The notes under the pieces are model-generated. The model did not search any database. It saw only the letters and a program-made list of their open reading frames with translations, and was not told the origin of the DNA. A DNA stretch of 64,000 nt. Source: Deltaproteobacteria bacterium. Lineage in GTDB: Bacteria; Desulfobacterota; Binatia; UBA12015. This document shows, piece after piece, positions 57,319 to 64,000 of this stretch. The DNA lies in contig VGTG01000008.1 of the NCBI GenBank assembly GCA_016874795.1, positions 9,342-73,341 of the forward strand, written 5' to 3'. Position 1 is the first letter of the stretch. Every line of letters starts with the position of its first letter. The position numbers and the translations under genes were made by a program.

Positions 57319-59388
57319 ATGTGGCGCCCGTCTCCGGACGATGAGAACCAGTTGAGACTGCGGCCGAAGAGCTGGAGTGACGTTCTCGCCTGGCTTTCGT
57401 TGTCGGCCGGCCTCGTCTTCTACTTCGGCGTGGGCACGCACTCCTTGCGCCAACCCGGCCTGCAGTACGATGAAGCGTTCGACGCCGTCCACGCGCTCGA
57501 GGTGCTTCAACGGAAAACGCCGTCCTGCGCGGATTCCACACGGTTGTTCGGGCCGGATCTACCGCTGATGGTGCATCCGCACATCGGTCCGACGACCGTG
57601 TACACGAGCCTCGCGGCCTTCGCCGTATCGGGTCCCTCCGTGGAAAGCCTGCGCTCGAGCCAGCTCGTCGTGGGAGGAGTCGCGCTCTTCCTGCTCTTCC
57701 TTCTCGGATACGACTGGTTCGGTCCTCGAGCCGCGGCGCTCGCGGTGCTCCTTTGTGGAAGCGCCCCTGCATTCGTGTGGTGGAGCCGCGGTGGGGCGAA
57801 CTGGACGGTTCCCATGCTGCCGCTCGCGCTCGGTGGGCTGCTTGCCTTGAGCCGCTGGTGGGAACGCCGAGGCGGGGCGGCGCTGATTCTGGCTTCGTTT
57901 CTCTTCGGGCTCGGAATCACGACGAAGATCCTCTTCGTGTGGCTTGCTTTGCCGCTGCTGGTCGTCGGCCTCCTCGCGATCGGGGCAGGGGAGATCTCAC
58001 GCGCGCTTCGGTCGACGAAACCATCGACGATTGCAGTCGCGCTCGCGGCCTTCGGGCTCGGACTGGCACCGCTCATCGCGCACAACCTCCCCGAACCGAA
58101 TACGCTCGACCACGTTTGGCGGAACTCCTCGACCACGGCGTGGGGGCACGACAATCGCAATTTCGTCGGAAACCTCGTGTTTGCCGTCGCCACTTCCTCT
58201 GGATGCTCGACGGCGAAGTCCTCATGAGTGCGCCGTTCTTCGGGCAGCCGTGCGGGAGAATCGCATTCGTCGCGGCGATTCTCTACGGCGTGCTCGCGGT
58301 CTTCCGGGCGCTCTTCACCGCGCCTTTCGAAGCAACGCGGAGAGCTTGCCGCTCGAACGCTCCTCGTGGCGGTGCCGTTGACCGTCCTGCCGCAGAGCAC
58401 GATTACGACGAGCGTCGTCTCCTCCACCTACGTCTTCTTGATCGTGCCGTTGGTCTGGCTTCTCGTCGCAGTGATGCTCGGCGACGCGATTGCGACCGCA
58501 TGCGATCGATCGCGAGGCGGGATGGTCCGAGGGGCGACGGGTGTGTTGGGGATCGGCCTGCTTGCGACGCTGCTCGCAAGCCACGTGACGACCAATCTGG
58601 AGTTGTTGCGCTTCTTCGATCGCACGGGGGGGCGCGGGCAGTGGTCCGACGCGATCTACCGCACCGCGAAGATCCTCGAGGAGCAGTACGCCTCTCGCCG
58701 CGTCGTCGCGCTCGGGTGGGGCTTCGGGAAGAGCATCGACTTTCTCACGTCGCTTCGGCTCCACGTCATCGAAGGGCACGAGTCTCGACCTGAGCCGAGC
58801 GAGCGGTACCCCGAGCGCGCACGCGAGCTTCTCGTCCCCGGTTCGATTCTGCTGGCTCACGCGCCCGAGGTCGCGATCTGCAAGGGCTGTCTGGCGGTGG
58901 TCCAGCGAGTCGCGAGCGAGGAAGGCATCGCGCTCGAGCTTCGTCACGTCGTCGACGATGGGGAGGGCAAGGCCCACACGATGATCTACGAGGTCGGCCC
59001 GCCGCGGAGTCAGTCCGCAATTGCGGCGACGAGTCGATCGAGCCCGATCCCGCGCGAGGCCTTCGCGAGGAGCACCGTCGGACGGCCGTCCGCGAGCTCC
59101 GCCTCGACGGCCGCGAGCGCTTCGTCCGCGCCGGCGACGGCGCGCGTTGCAATGCCCGCCGCGACGCCGGCGTCGGCGATGCGTCGGCTCTCCGGACCGA
59201 CGGCGACGAGGAGGTCGACGCGAGACGCGCGCTGCGCGATCGCTTCGCCGACCTCGCGGTGGGCCGCTTCGCTCGCCTCGCCGAGCTCGAGCATGTCGCC
59301 GACGACGAGGACGAGCCGCTCGTCGTTTCCGGCGAGCGCTTCGGCGCTGTCGAGCGCGGCGATGCACGAAGCGGGATTCGAGTTGTAG
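57319..59388 (+). pseudogene. GT39/ArnT-like membrane glycosyltransferase with two compensating frameshifts
   Basis: QPGLQYDE motif; coding sense leaves the main frame near 58189, gives TM RIAFVAAILYGVLAVF in another frame, and returns near 58330-58345; TGA at 58225 in main frame; no own stop before murF. Confidence 0.65.
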
Positions 59389-60419
59389 CAGTCGTCGAGG
59401 ATCAGGAGCGCTCCGCCGCGCGCTTCGCGCGCGACGAGGCGGTGCGCCGCCGGCCGTACGCGGTCGAGGCCGCGCTGGATCGTTTCGGGATCGACGCCGA
59501 GCTCGGTCGCGAGGGCCGCGGCGAAGCCTCCGGCCCAGGCGGCCGGTGCGCCGAGAAGCGGCGTGTGCCAGGTGCGTCGCTCGCTCGTGCCCGTAGGAGC
59601 ATCCGCGCGCGCGAGCGTGAACGTCGTGCCGCCGCGTCCGAGCCGGATGTCGTCGAGCCGCCAGTCGTCCTCGCCGCGGAGTCCGAGCGCGCGCACGCCG
59701 ACGTGCGAGCGGCGTCGCGCCGCCGCGACGAGACCGGGCTCCGCCGAGCCGATGAGCGCGATGCCCCCCGCCGGAAGACCGTCGAGGATCTCGGTTTCCG
59801 CCTCGATCACGCCCGCGATGCTGCCGAGCCACTCGAGGTGCTCGGCAAACGCGGCCGTCACGACGGCGTGGTCGGGACGCGCCATCTTCGCGAGCCTCTC
59901 GAGCTCGCCCGGCGCGCTCGTACCGAGCTCGAGTACGACGAACTCGCTGTCGAGCGGAGCACCGAGGACGGCGAGAGGTGCCCCGATCTGGCTGTTCTCG
60001 TTGCCCGGCGTCGCCCACGTCGGTCCGGCCTCGCCGAGCACGGCGGCGAGCGTGTCCTTGGTCGAGGTCTTTCCGTTGCTGCCGGCGACGCCGATCACGC
60101 GGGCGGTCAAGCGCTTCCGCCAGTCCGAGGCGAGGTCCTGCAGGGCACGCGTCGTGTCCGCGACCTCGATCACGACCGCGGCCGGATCCGCTCCGCCGAG
60201 CGCGACCGGCCGCATGACGAGCGCTCCCGAAGCACCGGCCGCGAGCGCCGAGGCGACGAAGTCGTGGCCGTCGACACGCTCTCCCGGGATCGCCGCGAAG
60301 AGCGAGCCCTTCGTCACGCGGCGCGAGTCGAACGAGATGACTGTGAAGCGATGCTCGGGGTCGCCGGAGCGCAGGCGGCCGCCGCAGAGGTTCGCGATCT
60401 CGCCGGCGCGGAGCTCCAT
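59010..60419 (-). CDS. murF: UDP-N-acetylmuramoyl-tripeptide--D-Ala-D-Ala ligase
   Basis: DSRRV, GERVDGHDF, GSNGKTSTKD, GNENSQIG, VLELG, EHLE, DDCYNSNPAS, GDMLELG, KASRG. Confidence 0.9.
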   Translation of the reverse strand: MELRAGEIANLCGGRLRSGDPEHRFTVISFDSRRVTKGSLFAAIPGERVDGHDFVASALAAGASGALVMRPVALGGADPAAVVIEVADTTRALQDLASDWRKRLTARVIGVAGSNGKTSTKDTLAAVLGEAGPTWATPGNENSQIGAPLAVLGAPLDSEFVVLELGTSAPGELERLAKMARPDHAVVTAAFAEHLEWLGSIAGVIEAETEILDGLPAGGIALIGSAEPGLVAAARRRSHVGVRALGLRGEDDWRLDDIRLGRGGTTFTLARADAPTGTSERRTWHTPLLGAPAAWAGGFAAALATELGVDPETIQRGLDRVRPAAHRLVAREARGGALLILDDCYNSNPASCIAALDSAEALAGNDERLVLVVGDMLELGEASEAAHREVGEAIAQRASRVDLLVAVGPESRRIADAGVAAGIATRAVAGADEALAAVEAELADGRPTVLLAKASRGIGLDRLVAAIAD

Positions 60420-60500
60420 CGCCGCTTGGGTAGCCCACGGCCGCGGAGGCGTCGAGGCAAGGCGCTTGACCGCACCCCGGCGCTCGGGCTTCGTCGCAGC

Positions 60501-63050
60501 ATGACCCCGGCCACGCCGAGCGCGTTCCGCATGCGGACGGTCGTCCTGGCGATTGCTTCGGCGATCGCGCTCGCGACCGGCGCGCTCGCGCTCCGCACGA
60601 CGATGACGAGCCTCGAGCGAGTCGGCCGCGTCTTTCCGGGCTTCGTGCTCCTCGACAACCGAGTCATCGCGTCCGTCGGGCTCGCGCCCTGGAGCGGGAC
60701 GACCGTGCCCGACCTCTATCAGAGCGAGGTGCTCGCCGTGGACGGACGTGCCGTCGCGTCCACGCCGACGGTCTACGCGGCCGTCGAGGCGAAACCCGCG
60801 GGCACCGTGATCCGCTACCTGCTCCGGCGCGGCGACGTCGAGCGGAAGGTCGACGTCCGAAGCCAGATCTTCGGCGTCAGCGACTGGTTCTTCCTCTACG
60901 GCGTCTTTTTGCTGAACGGCCTCGTCTTTCTCGCCGCGAGTCTCTCGACGTTCGTCCTTCGCGCGGAGTCTCCCGCGGCGCGGGCGTTTCTCGGCGGCGG
61001 CGGCTCGATCGCGATCTTCCTGTTCACCGCGATGGACCTCTACGGTCCGGCCTCGTTCTTCCGGCTGCACGTCCTCGCCGAGTCGATGGTGCCCGCGACG
61101 ATGCTGCACTTCGCGCTCGTGTTCCCGGAGCGCCACCGCTGGGCGGCCTTTCGCCCCGCGGGCTACGCGCTGTCGCTCGTGATCGCGCTCGCGTACGAGC
61201 TCGCTCTCTACTCGCCGTCCGCGTACTCGCGGATCTTGACGAGCAACATGCTCTACCTCGGGCTCGTCGCGGTCTTCTTCTGCGCCCGGCTCGTCGAGAG
61301 CTACGTCCGGAGCGAATCGCAGCTCGTTCGCCAGCGCGTGCGCGTGATCCTCCTCGGTGCGCTGTTCGGCTTCGCCGTTCCCGCGATCGTGCTGACGCTC
61401 GCGGCGCTGATGGCCGGCGACGTCTCGATGAACATCGCCGCGCTGACGCCGTTCCTGTTCGCGCTCGCGCTCGCCTACGCGGTCGTCAAGCACGACCTCT
61501 TCGAGATCGACGCGATGGTCAAGCGCGGTGCGTACTATCTGACGCTGACCGGCATGGTCAGCCTCGCGTACGTCGTCGCGGTGCTCGCCTTCAACTACGG
61601 GCTGCGCGCGAACGCCGTCACCGACTCGACGGCGTTCCCGGTGCTCTTCACGCTCGCCGTCCTCCTTCTGTTCAATCCGCTTCGAGCGAGAGTGCAGGGC
61701 TTCGTCGATCGCGTCTTCTTCGGGACGGACTACGACGGCGGACGTGTCCTCGCCGAGGTCGGGAACGAGCTCTCCGACGCGCTGCAGCGCGACCGGATCG
61801 CGCAGCTCGTGCGCGACTGCATCACCCGGACGCTGCCGAACGACGGCACGCGCGTCTTCGTCGCGGAGCAGAACGGCGTGGTCCTGCGCGAGCTCGGCGG
61901 CCGGGGCGTCGTGTCGACGGCAGCCGCGGCGCGCCTCGCCTCCGGCCGCGTGCTGACGCCGTTCGATCCTCCCGAGAGCTATCCCGACGCGGCGAGCTAC
62001 GAAGCGACGCGGGCGGCGCTCGATTCCGTCGGCGCGGCGATCGCGGTGCCGATGCAAGCGCACGGCGCTCTCGTCGGCGCTCTGACGGCGGGACCGAGGC
62101 GCTCGGGACAGTTCTACAGCGCCGACGATGCGAGCTTGCTGCGCGCTCTCGCGCAGCAGACGGCGATCGCACTACAGCACGCGGCGGCCTACGATGCTCT
62201 CATGGAGCTGAACGAGAGCCTCGAGGAGTGGGTCCGGACGCGCACCGCGGAGCTCGAGACGGCGAACCGCGACCTCGGCCAGGCTCTCCGCGAGCTCCAG
62301 ACCGCCGAAGCGCAGCTCGTCCACTCCGAGAAGATGGCTTCGCTCGGACGTCTCGTCGCGGGCGTCGCACACGAGATCAACAACCCCGTGAGCTTCATCG
62401 CGAACAGCGTCGCCCCGCTCCTGAGGCGTCTCGCCAAGGCGAAGGAGGCGGGTGCGGCGGAGTCCGAGACCGTTCTTCGCGAAGCGGAGGACCTCGTCGG
62501 CATCATGGCGAAGGGCGCCGAGCGCGCCGCCGCGATCGTCAAGGACCTGCGGAGCTTCTCGCGCCTCGACGAGGCGACGCGGAAGGCGGTCGATCTCTCG
62601 GAGGGGCTCGAGGTGAGCTTGCGTCTCCTCGAGCACCGCTGGCGCGACCGCATCACGATCCACCGCGACTACGGCGAGCTGCCGCTCGTCGAGTGCGATC
62701 CCGGCCAGATCAATCAAGTCTTCGTGAACGTCCTCGGCAACGCCTGCGAGGCGGCGACCTCCGACGTCTGGGTGACGACGCGAGCGAACGGCAACGCGGT
62801 CGAGGTGGCGATCCGCGACGACGGTCCGGGCATTCCCGCGGAGATCCAGCAGCGCATCTTCGATCCGTTCTTCACGACGAAGGACGTCGGCGCTGGGACC
62901 GGCCTCGGTCTCTCGATCAGCCACGGCATCGTCACCGCGCACGGTGGACGAATCGAGGTGAAGAGCGCGCCCGGCGAAGGAGCGACTTTCACGCTGATCC
63001 TTCCGACGGTGTCCACTTCCCTTGACACCGTCGCGCGTGGAAGCCGATAG
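60501..63050 (+). CDS. Membrane sensor histidine kinase (PDZ-like periplasmic domain, multi-TM, GAF-like, HisKA, HATPase)
   Basis: EVLAVDG; many TMs; [44 protein letters not shown]. Confidence 0.92.
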   Translation: MTPATPSAFRMRTVVLAIASAIALATGALALRTTMTSLERVGRVFPGFVLLDNRVIASVGLAPWSGTTVPDLYQSEVLAVDGRAVASTPTVYAAVEAKPAGTVIRYLLRRGDVERKVDVRSQIFGVSDWFFLYGVFLLNGLVFLAASLSTFVLRAESPAARAFLGGGGSIAIFLFTAMDLYGPASFFRLHVLAESMVPATMLHFALVFPERHRWAAFRPAGYALSLVIALAYELALYSPSAYSRILTSNMLYLGLVAVFFCARLVESYVRSESQLVRQRVRVILLGALFGFAVPAIVLTLAALMAGDVSMNIAALTPFLFALALAYAVVKHDLFEIDAMVKRGAYYLTLTGMVSLAYVVAVLAFNYGLRANAVTDSTAFPVLFTLAVLLLFNPLRARVQGFVDRVFFGTDYDGGRVLAEVGNELSDALQRDRIAQLVRDCITRTLPNDGTRVFVAEQNGVVLRELGGRGVVSTAAAARLASGRVLTPFDPPESYPDAASYEATRAALDSVGAAIAVPMQAHGALVGALTAGPRRSGQFYSADDASLLRALAQQTAIALQHAAAYDALMELNESLEEWVRTRTAELETANRDLGQALRELQTAEAQLVHSEKMASLGRLVAGVAHEINNPVSFIANSVAPLLRRLAKAKEAGAAESETVLREAEDLVGIMAKGAERAAAIVKDLRSFSRLDEATRKAVDLSEGLEVSLRLLEHRWRDRITIHRDYGELPLVECDPGQINQVFVNVLGNACEAATSDVWVTTRANGNAVEVAIRDDGPGIPAEIQQRIFDPFFTTKDVGAGTGLGLSISHGIVTAHGGRIEVKSAPGEGATFTLILPTVSTSLDTVARGSR

Positions 63051-63057
63051 GTTCGCG

Positions 63058-64000
63058 ATGGAGCTCGATTACCGCCGGCATCCGTTGCTGGTCGTGGACG
63101 ACGAGCCCGACATCCTGAACCTGTTTCGTTACGGCTACGGAGACGAGTTCGAGATCCTGACGGCGGACGACGCCGCGAAAGGCCTCCAGCTCCTCGAGAA
63201 CACCGACGTCTCGGTCATCGTCGCCGATCAGCGCATGCCGGTGATGAGCGGCACCGAGTTCCTGGCGCGCTCGATGGACGTCCGTCCCGACGCGGTGCGC
63301 ATCGTCCTCACGGGCTACACGGACATCGAAGCGCTGATCCGGGCCGTCAACAGCAGCCGGATCTACCGCTACGTGACGAAGCCCTGGGTGGACGACGAGC
63401 TGCGCGTCACGCTGCGGCGTGCCGTCGAGGTGTTCCACCTGTACCGCGAGAACGCGCGGCTCGTGCACGAGCTCCGCGACGCGAACCAGCGGTTGACCAT
63501 GCAGAACGCCTACCTCCGTACGGCCGCAGGCGGGGAGGTGGAGACGATCGTCGGCGAGAGCCCGGCGATCCGCGAGGTGCTGAGCCTGATCGGAAAGGTC
63601 GCGGCGATGCCGACGACCGTCCTGATCGAGGGGGAGACCGGGACCGGCAAGGAGCTCGTCGCGCGCGCGATCCACGTGGCGAGCCCGCGACGCGACGATC
63701 TCTTCGTCCCCGTGAACTGCGCTTCGCTGTCGGAGGGCATCCTCGAGAGCGAGCTCTTCGGCCACCGGCGCGGCTCGTTCACGGGTGCGCACGCGGATCG
63801 GAAAGGCCTCTTCGACGTCGCGAACGGCGGAACGCTCTTCCTCGACGAGATCTCCGAGACCTCGACGACCCTGCAGGCGAAGCTGCTGCGGGTCTTGCAG
63901 GAGGGCGAGGTGCGCCCCGTCGGCGACGACCGCGCGCACGCGGTCGACGTGCGCGTGATCGCGGCGACGAATCGCCGCCTCGCGGACGAGGTCGCGGCCG
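63058..64000 (+). CDS. Sigma54-dependent response regulator (NtrC family), truncated by window end
   Basis: Translated from ATG 63058: [56 protein letters not shown]. Confidence 0.92.
   Translation, partial: MELDYRRHPLLVVDDEPDILNLFRYGYGDEFEILTADDAAKGLQLLENTDVSVIVADQRMPVMSGTEFLARSMDVRPDAVRIVLTGYTDIEALIRAVNSSRIYRYVTKPWVDDELRVTLRRAVEVFHLYRENARLVHELRDANQRLTMQNAYLRTAAGGEVETIVGESPAIREVLSLIGKVAAMPTTVLIEGETGTGKELVARAIHVASPRRDDLFVPVNCASLSEGILESELFGHRRGSFTGAHADRKGLFDVANGGTLFLDEISETSTTLQAKLLRVLQEGEVRPVGDDRAHAVDVRVIAATNRRLADEVAA

Noticed and set aside
58225-58227. Selenocysteine or readthrough TGA in the glycosyltransferase
   Set aside because: The main-frame translation around it is Ser/Arg-rich nonsense while a shifted frame gives a proper TM helix, so frameshifts explain it better
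63022-63053. TTGACA...TAGGTT internal promoter for the response regulator
   Set aside because: Spacer is 20 bp, too long for a standard sigma70 promoter
1-64000. rRNA, tRNA, prophage, integrase, transposase or defence-system genes
   Set aside because: No recognisable motifs by eye; a tRNAscan-SE/Infernal/DefenseFinder run would be needed to exclude divergent cases

Overview
Very GC-rich bacterial chromosomal segment. Its gene content (Cys-rich secreted proteins, MMPL/CoA-transferase/DUF3604 genes, CxxxY-type CcmE) resembles Binatia/Myxococcota-like deltaproteobacteria, but this is inference and no database search was run. About 50 genes are supported: an RND efflux 3' end, a split sugar (probably beta-1,2-glucan) ABC/hydrolase locus, a GH29 fucosidase, prx, prlC, folB, opgGH, a FadL-lipase cluster, ccmEFH, uppP, a lone murF and a kinase/sigma54-activator pair. 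I saw no rRNA, tRNA, CRISPR or transposase. The most interesting items are: (1) a secreted protein carrying the full PHM/DBH-type copper ligand set fused to a CX4CH cytochrome-like domain; (2) a membrane class III cyclase with guanylyl-cyclase-like specificity residues, translationally coupled to the sugar-binding protein; (3) a small Rok/H-NS-like gene splitting that ABC operon; (4) a divergent HTH-citrate synthase / CBS-citrate synthase pair sharing a palindromic site; (5) two identical, inverted 186-bp CTAG-bounded MITEs sitting on amber stop codons; (6) other palindromic repeats; and (7) a series of deleted, truncated or frameshifted gene remnants. Most long ORFs in the supplied track are GC-rich shadow frames.
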